Assembly (NCBI GenBank): GCA_964634875.1
Contig: CAZWKA010000001.1
Location: forward strand, 37,600-101,599
DNA from: an uncultured Gammaproteobacteria bacterium
Lineage (GTDB): Bacteria > Patescibacteriota > Patescibacteriia > Magasanikbacterales > GWA2-37-8
Length of the DNA stretch: 64,000 nt
Direction: 5' to 3'
Below the pieces are notes generated by a model, which saw only the letters and a program-made list of their open reading frames with translations, ran no database searches and was not told the origin of the DNA. A program made the position numbers and the translations under genes. Positions 36,444 through 46,542 of this stretch are shown here, piece after piece. Positions within the stretch are counted from its first letter, which is position 1. Every line of letters begins with the position of its first letter.

Positions 36444-37646
36444 TCATTCGCTGGCTGTCTCAGAAACGATGCTTTGTAACAATAACTGTCCTTTGGCTGC
36501 CGAAATTACAAGCCCCAGGGTTTGTTTTTCAAAAATATACCCATCCACAATATACGCTTTTTCATGCGGGTCTTGGGTGGCCGCTACTTGCCGTTCAAGT
36601 ATGGCAAAATGGAGTTTCTCACGGACGCCTTCGTCATCAACCTGGAGCCACAGCTGTTTTTCAACCACGTCGTTGATGCTGGATTTTGCGGCGATCCTTT
36701 TTTCCAGGTACTTTACCAATTCTGCTTGGATGGTAGCAAGCGACAAAGTAGAGGTGCGTACCACGGCCGGGGTAGTGAAGGTAGAAAGAAATTTTTGTGG
36801 GTCATCAAAGTCAAAATGGAAATCGGTGACAGCTAAGTGTGATTTTAAACGTAACTGAATCCGTTCGGGGTGCTCGGCCAACCCTGATTCTTGGAAAGCC
36901 TTCAGGAGTACGTAGAGCGAGGTAAAATCAATATCTGCTTCGGTGTACGAATAGGCGATCTTTAATAAGGGCAGCATGGCGGCGTTGTTCAGGCTGTCGA
37001 TTTGTCTGAGGAGCAGGTCTTTCATGAAGACTGCTTGGTTGTGGCTGCGCTGCGGGTCGCCAATCGCAAAACTCTGGCGGTTGCGAAGCCACTGCAGCGA
37101 TTCGGTCGCTGGCATCTTAAAAACACGAAGGATACCCATGGTTTGAGAGAACCCGACTTTAACCACATGGTCAGCTTTGACGCCCAGTATTTTTTCAATT
37201 TGTTTGATGGTATAGGCATGCCCCGCGAGCTCACAGGCGTTTCCTAGGTAGTATTGGTTTGGGGCATAGTTACCGGGCGGGATATAGGTGTACGTGCCGC
37301 GTGGTATCGAAGTTATGTCCACGGTCATTTTTTTAAGATCCAGCGTGAACAAATGAATGGCATCGCAGTGCGGTGAGGTAGTTGAATTTTTGCGTGAATC
37401 AAGGCCGAGCAGCAAGATATTTATTTTTGAGCTGCCAAGGAGTTCGCTGGCCTCGGGGGTCGTTGTAGCGGTTTCGCTGGGGGTGCTTGTTGTTACTTCC
37501 CTTTTTTCAGCGGTTGTTTTGAGGATGGTATCGACATTGGTTTTGGACACCGCCCTCCATTCGCGGTGCCAAAAGGCAGCAAAGACAAGAATCCCCGCAA
37601 GGACGATGCCGGCGGGAATGATGATGTATAGGGTCTTTTTTGACAT
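36444..37646 (-). CDS. LytR-CpsA-Psr (LCP) family cell-envelope phosphotransferase
   Basis: N-terminal TM anchor; LCP core INILLLGLDSR...HCDAIHLFTLD. Confidence 0.75.
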   Translation of the reverse strand: MSKKTLYIIIPAGIVLAGILVFAAFWHREWRAVSKTNVDTILKTTAEKREVTTSTPSETATTTPEASELLGSSKINILLLGLDSRKNSTTSPHCDAIHLFTLDLKKMTVDITSIPRGTYTYIPPGNYAPNQYYLGNACELAGHAYTIKQIEKILGVKADHVVKVGFSQTMGILRVFKMPATESLQWLRNRQSFAIGDPQRSHNQAVFMKDLLLRQIDSLNNAAMLPLLKIAYSYTEADIDFTSLYVLLKAFQESGLAEHPERIQLRLKSHLAVTDFHFDFDDPQKFLSTFTTPAVVRTSTLSLATIQAELVKYLEKRIAAKSSINDVVEKQLWLQVDDEGVREKLHFAILERQVAATQDPHEKAYIVDGYIFEKQTLGLVISAAKGQLLLQSIVSETASE

Positions 37647-37780
37647 ATCAGAAGTTTAAACACTACAGCTAGCGTCAAGTATGCCTGGTTTATCTTGGTC
37701 TGTAAATAATAGAGGAGTGAATAAAAAAAGCAACACAGCCAGGGGCAGTTTTGGGTAGAGACAGGCGCTAAGCCCTTTGT

Positions 37781-38380
37781 TTAGGCTCTGAGGCCGTGGC
37801 CGTACTTTTTAATCAAAGGCTCCAGGTTTGGAATACCAAATTCAGCGGCCAGTTTTTCAAACGTAGCAGGTTTATCAGCACCAAATTTTGCACTCTCGGT
37901 TTTGTACCATTCAAATGAATTAAAATAAGGAGCAAATTTTGAATGGAACTTATCAGCGTACATAACCAGTCTTTCTTCGGCTGTTTCGGCAGTATAATCG
38001 GCGGCTGGCAGCGACAGGTGTTGGTCTTGGATATTTTGTTTTGTGAGTCCAAGTCCGGTATGGTGAGAAGCAAAACGCCAGAGTCTTTGGGGCAACTGTT
38101 CAGTTTGTAAAATGTGTTCGCCCAAAATGCCGTGGGTAATATACTGCGAGGGATCTTTTTCTTTTCCCGCGGCATCAAGCAGTGGGTAGACACCAATATC
38201 GTGAAGTAGACAAGCCGCTTTTACGAGCTCAACGTCAACTACAAAACTGCCTTTCGCAATCAGTTGTTCGGCAATCGCCCCTACGATTTGGCAATGGGTA
38301 AATACCGTGGCAAATGCTGCAGGAGAGGAGGCATATTTTTTGTGGAGCATTTCGATTTCGGCGATGGTGGGTAATTGCAT
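37781..38380 (-). CDS. HD-domain phosphohydrolase
   Basis: H..HD metal motif (CLLHDIGV), 199 aa. Confidence 0.7.
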   Translation of the reverse strand: MQLPTIAEIEMLHKKYASSPAAFATVFTHCQIVGAIAEQLIAKGSFVVDVELVKAACLLHDIGVYPLLDAAGKEKDPSQYITHGILGEHILQTEQLPQRLWRFASHHTGLGLTKQNIQDQHLSLPAADYTAETAEERLVMYADKFHSKFAPYFNSFEWYKTESAKFGADKPATFEKLAAEFGIPNLEPLIKKYGHGLRA

Positions 38381-38442
38381 AAAAAGATTTTGAAACTACT
38401 ATATTTCCTTTGTATTAAAAATGCAATACTTAGAATAAAAAA

Positions 38443-38469
38443 AGAGCCTTCAGCGAAGGCTCTTTTTTA
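38443..38469. terminator. Bidirectional intrinsic terminator
   Basis: AAAAAAA-GAGCCTTC-agc-GAAGGCTC-TTTTTT. Confidence 0.65.
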
Positions 38470-38473
38470 CAAT

Positions 38474-38511
38474 GGTTCAGGTGTTTCGGGGCAACCCGAA
38501 ACACCTGAACC
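38474..38511. repeat. 17-bp perfect inverted repeat GGTTCAGGTGTTTCGGG-gcaa-CCCGAAACACCTGAACC at 3' end of GC-rich gene
   Basis: seen directly. Confidence 0.55.
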
Positions 38512-38519
38512 GGTTCTTG

Positions 38520-38966
38520 TTAGCAGCGTACGATCTCGACGTTCGCCTTGAGGCGTTGGAGCTCCCGGACGACGTAGCTCTCCCAACTGATCCGGAGACT
38601 CATAAGCTCGCGCTCTTCGGCGCTCGGCTGGTTGATGGTTGGCAGGCCATTCGCTGCGAAGAAGTGGTTGACGGCGATGGTCATCGAGGTAACCGGGAAC
38701 TGCTTCCGGACGTCGGTGTCGATCCAGAGCATGCGACCCTCGCACTCGCCGGTGGTCAGCGCTTCGAGCATCGTGTCGAATGATGCGCTCGGGTAGTGCT
38801 GCTGGATCCAGCGACGCATGCTTGCGATCTTGTTCGTACGGCTCGGATCCATGTTGGCGTCGAAGAACGCCAGGGCCGTTGTAGGTGAGATCTCTTTGCC
38901 GGACGCGATGCGTTTGCAAAAGACACTGAACATGAAGTAGAGGCGTGGTGGCTGCTGCTGAGGCAT
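38520..38966 (-). CDS. GC-rich hypothetical protein
   Basis: 148 aa, SD GAGGGGAAAC-ATG; bracketed by long IRs on both sides. Confidence 0.4.
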   Translation of the reverse strand: MPQQQPPRLYFMFSVFCKRIASGKEISPTTALAFFDANMDPSRTNKIASMRRWIQQHYPSASFDTMLEALTTGECEGRMLWIDTDVRKQFPVTSMTIAVNHFFAANGLPTINQPSAEERELMSLRISWESYVVRELQRLKANVEIVRC

Positions 38967-38978
38967 GTTTCCCCTCTG

Positions 38979-39026
38979 TGTGTTGGTTAGCCCAATTTTG
39001 GTTATAAAACTGGGCTAACCAACACA
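38979..39026. repeat. 16-bp perfect inverted repeat TGTGTTGGTTAGCCCA / TGGGCTAACCAACACA (16-nt loop) immediately 5' of the GC-rich gene
   Basis: seen directly. Confidence 0.55.
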
Positions 39027-39107
39027 ATCAAAAAGAGGATAGTTTTTAAAGAACAGTAAACTATAGCCTAAAAGAGGCTATTTGTCAATAGAAGAAGCCT
39101 CAAGCAA

Positions 39108-39731
39108 TCAGGTTCGTGCATTACTTTTTTTCCACTCAATCAATTTTCCTGCCTTGCGTTCCATGCCATCTGCCGGACGGATCAACCGAATATTTTTCTT
39201 TGGCACAAGAGTATGGTGCACTGAGGTGTCGATTGCTGCGGCAATATGAAATAAATCTTCATCCGCTGTTATCCATTGCGTCCCCAGCTTCTTCAAGTTA
39301 AAGGGTTCCGAAAAACTACGCAATACTTTTTTACCATTTGAGTCCAAAAAATATTCATGGAAATACGACAGAGCCAGTTCGCGAAGCGTTTTGTATACCG
39401 GGTCACGAAAACGCAACGATGTATGGTTCGTTTTACTGATCGCTCCCCAATAGCCATTGCGTTTGTAGAGCGCGACGACGTGATCGTCGTCACCTTTGGT
39501 TTTAAGGTCCATAAGGAGCGCTGGTTCGCCGCGCAGCCAGAGCGCTACTGCGGCCACAAGGGCACCCTCCAGGCAGTGCATCTTACCTTCTCGTAAAGTT
39601 CGGCGGGGGGACATGTACGTCTCGCCTTGTTTTTCGTGATTGATTGGAAATGTATCCAAGAAGTCTTGGATTTTTATGGGGCTAGAAAGTTTTTTGAGCG
39701 TCGTAAGCTCGCGCGCGGTAAGGCCGAACAT
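39108..39731 (-). CDS. Hypothetical protein
   Basis: 207 aa; no motif recognised. Confidence 0.35.
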   Translation of the reverse strand: MFGLTARELTTLKKLSSPIKIQDFLDTFPINHEKQGETYMSPRRTLREGKMHCLEGALVAAVALWLRGEPALLMDLKTKGDDDHVVALYKRNGYWGAISKTNHTSLRFRDPVYKTLRELALSYFHEYFLDSNGKKVLRSFSEPFNLKKLGTQWITADEDLFHIAAAIDTSVHHTLVPKKNIRLIRPADGMERKAGKLIEWKKSNART

Positions 39732-39738
39732 GAGGGAA

Positions 39739-40293
39739 CTACGGTTGCTTTTCGAATGTCTGACTAATCAGCGCATAGATATCCTGCGGTATCTCGTCTT
39801 TGCCGGTATCCAGCAGCCATTTTTCCACACTGCGTCCTGGGTCGCTTTTGTAAGCAAGGTGCGGGTTTGGTTTGTCGATATACGATCGGCTGTCGATCAT
39901 GGCCTTGCCATCTTTGTTGTAGGAAAGGATTCCATCAAACACATTTATGGAAACCGGAAAACCCCCCTCGCCCAAAGGCATGTTTTGCTGAAGAGCCGCA
40001 TTCAGACCGTGGTAGCCGAGCGGAATAATCTGTTTCTGCCAGGTTGTATCCTCGAGTAGTTGTATTTTAGTGGTCAGTTCGAGTTCTTCAAAATCGGTTA
40101 ATTGCCAGCAGATATTGTCTGGTCTTCCCGAGTACAGAAGTGCGCAGACGTTCGTGCCAGGCACGGGCGCGGTGTTGGCGCTCAGAGGCATAGCCGCTGG
40201 TTCCGGGGCAATTTTTTGCGGTGAGGCGCAACCGGCACCCAAGCTAAACGTAAGAGCCAGGCCGATAATAAGGGCTGGGTATTTCATAAACAT
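39739..40293 (-). CDS. Secreted lipoprotein, hypothetical
   Basis: MFMKYPALIIGLALTFSLGAGC lipobox; trimmed start. Confidence 0.5.
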   Translation of the reverse strand: MFMKYPALIIGLALTFSLGAGCASPQKIAPEPAAMPLSANTAPVPGTNVCALLYSGRPDNICWQLTDFEELELTTKIQLLEDTTWQKQIIPLGYHGLNAALQQNMPLGEGGFPVSINVFDGILSYNKDGKAMIDSRSYIDKPNPHLAYKSDPGRSVEKWLLDTGKDEIPQDIYALISQTFEKQP

Positions 40294-40376
40294 GGTTAAA
40301 AATATATATAGTAGTATGTCTTTTTTTAGAATAAAAAACAAGGCCGAGTAAGCCTTGTTTAAGGGGTAGTGTTCTG

Positions 40377-40760
40377 CTAGTTTGCCTGGAGCACGCTTAA
40401 AATATTTCCAGCCGGGTCTTTGAACCACGCCATGGCCTTGGGTCCTTCTGTTCCTCGGGCAATACCTTTCGCATCGGTTTTGAGATAGGGCAGGTTGTAC
40501 TGTTCCATCGTCACACCTTTGGCTATAAGTTCGTCAACTATTTTTTCTACATCCGTCACTTCAAAATTTAGCACCGTAAAATCCGCTGGTTTATTGGTGG
40601 GGGATTGGTAGATAAACACATGTGTGCCACCCGCCAGGTGGAGTGAAAGTCCTTCGCGGGTTTTTTTGGTGGTAAGGCCGAGGGTTTCGCGGTAGAATTT
40701 TTCGGCTGAGTTGATGTCGGGAACGGAGAAGCTTGCGAAAGCGGGGGAGGGGGTAAGCAT
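40377..40760 (-). CDS. VOC/glyoxalase-bleomycin-resistance family protein
   Basis: paired beta-alpha-beta-beta-beta module pattern; start ATG 40760. Confidence 0.65.
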   Translation of the reverse strand: MLTPSPAFASFSVPDINSAEKFYRETLGLTTKKTREGLSLHLAGGTHVFIYQSPTNKPADFTVLNFEVTDVEKIVDELIAKGVTMEQYNLPYLKTDAKGIARGTEGPKAMAWFKDPAGNILSVLQAN

Positions 40761-40770
40761 AAAGTTTTGA

Positions 40771-41262
40771 TTAAAATATAAGTTGGTTGCCGCGAAGTAA
40801 TGAAAAACCTTTCTTAATATTTTGAATTTCCGGATCATCACTCACTCGCTGTTCACCCATTACTTTGAGAGTTTCAACTTCGGAAAACCAACCCGCTTCC
40901 GAATGATCGTTTGTGTTAAGTTTTACATTTTCAACCGAACCTTCAAACTGTACAAAATAAAGTACCTCTATAGAATGGGAGCCTTTGGTTTCGTTAGTGT
41001 AGGTGAACGCTGCAAAAGGATCTCCGACGTTTACGGTCATTCCAAGTTCTTCCTTAATTTCACGCTTAAGTCCGCCAATAATATCTTCGCCGTATTCGAT
41101 ATGCCCGCCCGGCAGTTCATACACCCCCGGTAGAAATTTTTTCGTAGCAGCACGCTTCGGTAGAAATACCTTTTTTACGCCATCAAAAGTATGGTGGATA
41201 AAAGCGCAGGCAGTGATTACTTGTTGATTAGTCAGAGGTGTTTCGCTGTTGTGGTTGGCCAT
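40771..41262 (-). CDS. NUDIX hydrolase
   Basis: Nudix box GGHIEYGEDIIGGLKREIKEELG. Confidence 0.85.
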   Translation of the reverse strand: MANHNSETPLTNQQVITACAFIHHTFDGVKKVFLPKRAATKKFLPGVYELPGGHIEYGEDIIGGLKREIKEELGMTVNVGDPFAAFTYTNETKGSHSIEVLYFVQFEGSVENVKLNTNDHSEAGWFSEVETLKVMGEQRVSDDPEIQNIKKGFSLLRGNQLIF

Positions 41263-41379
41263 AGGCTAGGTTCTTTAAGACTATATAGATTTTTAATATA
41301 GGATAACCTTATCCTATATTCCTAAAAGTATCAATTAAAAAATGGCTTTGAAAGCCATTTTTTAATTGTAAGGGTTGCT

Positions 41380-41796
41380 TTATTTTTTATCGTAATTTAG
41401 CATCCACGGCATTCCAAATTTATCCATCAGCATCCCAAACGTCGCGCCCCAAAACTGCGTGGCGAGCGGCATGGTTACCGTGCCACCTTCGGAGAGCTTG
41501 GCAAAGCAGGTGTTAATTTCTTCTTCGCTGGTGCAGTTGAGCGAGAGAGTAACGTGGGTGCCTTTGATCGGTTCATAGTCCTTGTTCATCATGTCTGAAG
41601 CCATAAGGAGGGTCTGGCCGTCCTTACTGAGGCTCGCATGCATAATCATGTCGTGCATTTCGGCAGGCATAGTGTCTTTCATTGGTGACTCGCCAACGGT
41701 TTGCAGTGTGAGCTCGGCGCCGAGGGCTGCTTTGTAAAATTCCATGGCTTCCCGACAGTTTGTTGTGAAGCCGAGGTAGGGGTTGATAGTGAGCAT
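41380..41796 (-). CDS. VOC family protein (PhnB-like)
   Basis: 138 aa, PhnB/3-demethylubiquinone-9 MTase-like VOC pattern. Confidence 0.65.
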   Translation of the reverse strand: MLTINPYLGFTTNCREAMEFYKAALGAELTLQTVGESPMKDTMPAEMHDMIMHASLSKDGQTLLMASDMMNKDYEPIKGTHVTLSLNCTSEEEINTCFAKLSEGGTVTMPLATQFWGATFGMLMDKFGMPWMLNYDKK

Positions 41797-41874
41797 GGTA
41801 CTTTAGTTATATGAATTAGCGGGTAAAGTTTGTCATTCCTACCGAGGCGGGTTCGCTCGGAATGACAGCTTAAT

Positions 41875-42258
41875 TTAACCAAGCACTGGAGTTCCAATAC
41901 TTTTTTTAGAGAGCGAGTACGACATCAAGACCAGTCCCAAGAAAATAAGGGGCAAGACCACGTTAAACACTGGCCCACCAACAAATATCCATGACACTGC
42001 TGCGCCAATAAGATTGATCGCAAACCCAGCGTAAGCCCATTCTTTAAGTGTGGGGTATTTTGGTTGCAAAAGCCCGATAACGCCGAGAAGCTTGCTGACG
42101 CCCACAATAGTTAACAGATACATCGGGTACCCTAAGAGACGCATGCTTTCTTTACCCGCTTCCACCTGGGTAATGCCGCCAATTCCGTCAAAGATGAAGA
42201 AGGCACACAAGAGGCCGGTAATAGTCCAATACATTATTTTTCTTGTTTTGGGTTGCAT
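41875..42258 (-). CDS. DoxX-family membrane protein
   Basis: 4 TM, DoxX pattern. Confidence 0.7.
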   Translation of the reverse strand: MQPKTRKIMYWTITGLLCAFFIFDGIGGITQVEAGKESMRLLGYPMYLLTIVGVSKLLGVIGLLQPKYPTLKEWAYAGFAINLIGAAVSWIFVGGPVFNVVLPLIFLGLVLMSYSLSKKSIGTPVLG

Positions 42259-42267
42259 AGGAATGCT

Positions 42268-42657
42268 TTACATTGAAGAAGAGGGTGCGGTGGCGTGTAC
42301 TTTGCGGTGGAGGAGGTACGAAACGGTCAACATGATAAGCGGAACAAGTGGTGCCAGCCAACCCTGTGGTCCGTCGCCAACTGCGAGGTGGGAGATGAGC
42401 GCGCCAATTAAATCAAATGCAATGCCTGCGTATGCCCATTCGCGTAGGGCCGGGAACTTTGGTTGCCACACACCAATCACGCCAAGAATTTTGGCCCAGC
42501 CAACGATGTAGAGAAGGTAGATGGGGTATCCTAAGTGGATCATCATATCTCGGGCTGCCGGTACAGCGAGGATATCAAACACAGAACCAAAGGCAATAAA
42601 AGCCGTAAAGAGGACTGTGACAACGTAGTACGCGATTTTGGTTTTTTTCATACGCAA
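42268..42657 (-). CDS. DoxX-family membrane protein (paralog)
   Basis: similar to preceding gene. Confidence 0.7.
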   Translation of the reverse strand: MRMKKTKIAYYVVTVLFTAFIAFGSVFDILAVPAARDMMIHLGYPIYLLYIVGWAKILGVIGVWQPKFPALREWAYAGIAFDLIGALISHLAVGDGPQGWLAPLVPLIMLTVSYLLHRKVHATAPSSSM

Positions 42658-42679
42658 AGCGTAGATAATTAAGAATAAG

Positions 42680-43054
42680 TTATATACTTATAAAGGGAGC
42701 GAAACCGCCGTAGTACATTTTTTTCATATCAAAGAGGGGCGCTGATTGTTCCATCATTTTATCCATCGCTGGGTCGGTGAACATTTTTTTATTTACCTCA
42801 TCGCGGTGTTTGCGGGATTTGAATTCTGCCATAGCCGTAATGATGATTTCATTTGATTTGACGTTGACCAGTTTTTTGTACGACGGACAACCTTTGATAG
42901 TAAGATCATCGCCTTGAAATTCGCGGTACGCAAGCCCGCCGTGTTTTTTGAAGAGTTTGGCAAATACCGCGGCTTGTTTACGATACTCGGTCAAGTTTTT
43001 CTTGGGAAGCGTTAGAAGGTACATGTCGACATAGCCTTTCATACTGATACGCAT
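42680..43054 (-). CDS. DUF1428/YbaA-like small protein
   Basis: size and composition; start chosen to avoid overlap with SRPBCC gene. Confidence 0.45.
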   Translation of the reverse strand: MRISMKGYVDMYLLTLPKKNLTEYRKQAAVFAKLFKKHGGLAYREFQGDDLTIKGCPSYKKLVNVKSNEIIITAMAEFKSRKHRDEVNKKMFTDPAMDKMMEQSAPLFDMKKMYYGGFAPFISI

Positions 43055-43071
43055 TAATAATAATTCGCGTA

Positions 43072-43545
43072 TTATGACATTTTTTCCATACATTCCGCAA
43101 GGCGTTCCCAGCTTTCCACCGCTCCGCCTTCCATGCCCGAAGCAACCATGCCGTCCAAGTCTTCGACACTCGCATATTCAGCTGTGCTTGTTACCTTGGT
43201 CTTGTCACCCAGGTCTTCAAACACGGCGGTCTCCACGAGAATATGCCCGGCCATCAGTTCGAATTCAAAGGTATTACAAATTCTTTCTGGCGGTGTTACT
43301 TCTTTGTAAACGCCATTAAAGGCAAACTCGTTACCATTTTCGTCGCGTTGGATAAAACGCCACGTGCCGCCGACGCGTACATCCATACTTTCAACGGTTG
43401 TAGTTAGATTCCGCGGTCCCCACCATTTGGGGAGGGTTGCCGGGTCAGTGAAAACTTTAAATACTTTTTCACGTGGTGCATTAAAGATACGTTCAATGAC
43501 GACCTTGAGTTCATCGCGTTTAACGGTAAAAGTTGTCTGAGGCAT
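43072..43545 (-). CDS. SRPBCC (AHSA1/activator-of-Hsp90-ATPase-like) domain protein
   Basis: VIERIFNAPREKVFKVFTDP..KWWGP motif. Confidence 0.8.
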   Translation of the reverse strand: MPQTTFTVKRDELKVVIERIFNAPREKVFKVFTDPATLPKWWGPRNLTTTVESMDVRVGGTWRFIQRDENGNEFAFNGVYKEVTPPERICNTFEFELMAGHILVETAVFEDLGDKTKVTSTAEYASVEDLDGMVASGMEGGAVESWERLAECMEKMS

Positions 43546-43559
43546 AGAGGCAGGGTTAT

Positions 43560-44042
43560 TTATAATGAAGTGTCCATTTTATCAAACGATTGATTCCAGC
43601 CCTCAGTCATTTGATTCTGCAACTCCCCAGCAGGCATACCAACATGACGCAGGATCATTTTGGTTTTGTCGCCCAGGTCTTCGAATGTTATGGTTACTTC
43701 CATTTCGAGTGGATGAGCGGGCATGCCGTATGCTTCAGCTGATACGATATTCCCGTCTTTGTCGGCAAAGCTGTCAGTACAAACAATTTTTTGCATTGGT
43801 ATAATTTCTTTATATGTACCGGTACTCCAAAAATCTTTGCCCACCATTTCCGCCGGTAAACCTTCTTCGGCACGCATGCAAAAAAGGTATGTACCACCAA
43901 CACGAAAATCAATCTTCATGACTGGTGCGCTAAAGTTTTTTGGTCCCCACCATTTCTTGGCTTGTTCCGGCTGGGTCCAGGCAGCCCAGACACGGGCGAT
44001 TGGTGCGTTGAAAATGCGTTCAATAACAACTTCGTTGTTCAT
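43560..44042 (-). CDS. SRPBCC (AHSA1-like) domain protein (paralog)
   Basis: VIERIFNAPIARVWAAWTQPE..KWWGP. Confidence 0.8.
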   Translation of the reverse strand: MNNEVVIERIFNAPIARVWAAWTQPEQAKKWWGPKNFSAPVMKIDFRVGGTYLFCMRAEEGLPAEMVGKDFWSTGTYKEIIPMQKIVCTDSFADKDGNIVSAEAYGMPAHPLEMEVTITFEDLGDKTKMILRHVGMPAGELQNQMTEGWNQSFDKMDTSL

Positions 44043-44079
44043 ATGTTTGTGTGTTACATGAGTAAAAATTAGATCTTTT

Positions 44080-44415
44080 TTATTTTTCTTTCCCTTCAGT
44101 AGCTAAATACACTTCCAAAGCATCGAACCGGTCATTCCACAGTTTCTCGTAGTGCCGCAAAAATTGGTTTGCCTCTTTAAGCGCGGCGGGGGAAAGTTTC
44201 ACCATCTGTTGTTTACCGATACGGCGCTTGGTAATGAGCTGAGCCTTTTCCATGAACTTTAAATGTTTTGAGATGGCGGCGTACGTTAACTTGTAGAACT
44301 TCGCAATCTCGCCAACTGTCAGTTCGGCCTTTTCCAGGTGCCGTAAGATATCCCTCCGGGTAGGGTCGGCAAGGCAGCTGAAAATGGAATTAAGGCGAAG
44401 AGTATATTCAACCAT
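44080..44415 (-). CDS. ArsR/SmtB-family transcriptional regulator
   Basis: LADPTRRDILRHL + wHTH. Confidence 0.85.
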   Translation of the reverse strand: MVEYTLRLNSIFSCLADPTRRDILRHLEKAELTVGEIAKFYKLTYAAISKHLKFMEKAQLITKRRIGKQQMVKLSPAALKEANQFLRHYEKLWNDRFDALEVYLATEGKEK

Positions 44416-44471
44416 ATAGTTGAATGATACTGTAAAAAGAAACCCGGGTCAAGCCCGGGCTTATCCACACC

Positions 44472-44720
44472 TTATTTTTTCCACCGTGGTGCAAAGCGTA
44501 TGCACCAAGCAAAAAATTTGGCTTTCAGCTTGTTCATCCCGCCATGGATCATGTTCTCGTAGCACACTTTTTGAAATTCTGTGACGTCGGTACCTTTGTA
44601 ACAGAGTTCGCCATTTTTAAAACAGAGGCTGCAGTATTTGTCTGACTCGCGCTTGCCTGGATCGTTGCTAAAGGGCATGAGGCAGCTTTCGCATTTGGTG
44701 GTGCAGGTTTGGTTTTCCAT
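44472..44720 (-). CDS. Small zinc-ribbon protein
   Basis: CxxC...CxxC pairs (CTTKCESC, CSLCFKNGELC). Confidence 0.45.
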   Translation of the reverse strand: MENQTCTTKCESCLMPFSNDPGKRESDKYCSLCFKNGELCYKGTDVTEFQKVCYENMIHGGMNKLKAKFFAWCIRFAPRWKK

Positions 44721-44750
44721 AGGTAGTAAGAGAATTTATATAAAAATATG

Positions 44751-45446
44751 TTACGTGCTATACATGGATTTTGGATAATTTTTCATATATACCTTCGGAC
44801 TCTTGAGTTGCCGTAGGGCGTCGTTGCCGATCCATCGGGCGCTCGGATGTTTTAGCGTGCTTAGTTCCTCGGCCAAAGCGCAGGCTAGTTTGAATAAATC
44901 TTTGTTGCGTTTGCCGATTTGCCTAAGTGCCCAGTTAACACTTTTCATCACGTAGGTTCTTTCGTCAGTGGCGTGTTTTTTTATGACCTGAAAAAACTTC
45001 TCGAATACTTCGTTACCAGCTTCTTTGTTCGTAAACGAATATTGCACCATGCACACAAAGCCAGCACGTTTGTGGAACTCCGCTTTTTTCTTGCTCCACT
45101 CCAAGGCCTTGGTAGTAGTAAAGGCGCTTTTCCCAAACAAGTTCATACAAAAAGTATCACAAATTTCCCAATTTTCAAATGTCTTCGCCCAGGTGTCCAT
45201 CAGGCGTGCAGTCAGATTTTTTGGGTTAAACAGCATGCTGGCGAGAAGGCGCGCTTCGTAGACATCGGTGTCAAAGAGTTCGATTGCCAGCGCGTCATTT
45301 TCACCAATTTTCTTGGCATACTTCCGAAGGTCGGTCAGAAATATACCATGAGAATTTTTGGCGGTGATGGCAAAGCCTTCTTTAATTTTTTTCACTTTAG
45401 GGCTGCCCATGTTCTTGAGCCGCGCCAAAATCTGTTGTGTGGTCAT
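44751..45446 (-). CDS. DNA alkylation repair protein (AlkD/AlkC HEAT-like repeat family)
   Basis: 231 aa helical repeat protein with AlkD-like N-terminal pattern. Confidence 0.7.
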   Translation of the reverse strand: MTTQQILARLKNMGSPKVKKIKEGFAITAKNSHGIFLTDLRKYAKKIGENDALAIELFDTDVYEARLLASMLFNPKNLTARLMDTWAKTFENWEICDTFCMNLFGKSAFTTTKALEWSKKKAEFHKRAGFVCMVQYSFTNKEAGNEVFEKFFQVIKKHATDERTYVMKSVNWALRQIGKRNKDLFKLACALAEELSTLKHPSARWIGNDALRQLKSPKVYMKNYPKSMYST

Positions 45447-45449
45447 ACC

Positions 45450-45863
45450 TTAGACTGTCTGTAATTCATACATTTGGATCAAATTTCCGCATGTATCATC
45501 AAAAATAGCCACGGTCGTTGGCCCACTTGCGGTGGGCGTTTTCGTAAAGATAACGCCCATCCCTTTTAGTCGTTCATACTCGCCGGCAATATTTTCAACT
45601 GCAAAAGCAGTGTAGGGAATACCTTTTTCAACGAGTGTTTTTTTGAAATTCTGTGCCGCCCCTTGCAGTGTTGGATTCCAGTCTGGTTCGAGGACAAGTT
45701 GTGGGCCGTTGGGGTCGCTTGGCGACACGACCGTCAGCCAGCGGGCGTCACCCATGGGTATATCCATCTTTTTAACAAAACGAAGTTTTTCCGTATAGAA
45801 TTCCAAAGCTTTTTGTTGATCGTCGACGAGAATGCTGGTAAGGGTGATTTTCATAACAGACAA
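45450..45863 (-). CDS. VOC/glyoxalase family protein
   Basis: 137 aa VOC module. Confidence 0.65.
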   Translation of the reverse strand: MSVMKITLTSILVDDQQKALEFYTEKLRFVKKMDIPMGDARWLTVVSPSDPNGPQLVLEPDWNPTLQGAAQNFKKTLVEKGIPYTAFAVENIAGEYERLKGMGVIFTKTPTASGPTTVAIFDDTCGNLIQMYELQTV

Positions 45864-45982
45864 AGTTTAAATAGTTTAGTGTGTATATGTATAGCATAGG
45901 ATGGTGCTAGTGCAAAGCCGTGTTCATTGACAAAGAGAAAAGGGTATGGTTTGGTGGAGAAAACTCCAGCGTGAGGATTCCA

Positions 45983-46426
45983 ATGCCAGCAAGCCAAGTA
46001 CAGTCCGCCCCAACTGCTGATTCCGCTCCTGCACGTGAGCGGCGGCGCGTGCTCGTGCGCTCCCTCAACCGAGCCTTTGACGCCCTCCAGATCGGCAAGC
46101 TCACCGAGCAGGATCTGGTGGATGCCTGGTTCTTGGTGGAGGAGGATGAGGACGTCAGCTTCTATGGAAACTACTACCTCACCGGCCAATGGCCTTCGGT
46201 GCGCCATCGGGTCAACGCCCATATCCTTCGCCGGGCCCTCGTTCGCGCCAACCAGGACGGGCGAGTGGTTTGGAAGAATACCAGAGAAAATTTGGCCGAT
46301 AAATTCAACGAGCTCCTCATCAAGAACGGCTGCGCGTCGCTTCCTCCCCGCTCCGGGTTTCAGCAGGCACTGGCTATGTCAGCCTTGGTACTTAGGTGTG
46401 GTGTTGCTCTGAGGCTCATCAGCTAG
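45983..46426 (+). CDS. GC-rich hypothetical protein
   Basis: GAGGA SD 7 nt before ATG 45983. Confidence 0.4.
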   Translation: MPASQVQSAPTADSAPARERRRVLVRSLNRAFDALQIGKLTEQDLVDAWFLVEEDEDVSFYGNYYLTGQWPSVRHRVNAHILRRALVRANQDGRVVWKNTRENLADKFNELLIKNGCASLPPRSGFQQALAMSALVLRCGVALRLIS

Positions 46427-46473
46427 TATCGCCTGCGACCGATACCGACCACCTACAACACATTCCATCAAAA

Positions 46474-46533
46474 CCAGCTCTCCTTCCTGTGGGCATAGGA
46501 CACTACGTGCCTAAAGGAAGAGCTGGTTTTTTT
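46474..46533. terminator. Bidirectional terminator (about 11-bp stem, 30-nt loop, flanking A- and T-runs)
   Basis: AAAA-CCAGCTCTCCTTCC..GGAAGAGCTGG-TTTTTTT. Confidence 0.55.
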
Positions 46534-46542
46534 GTTGGCAGC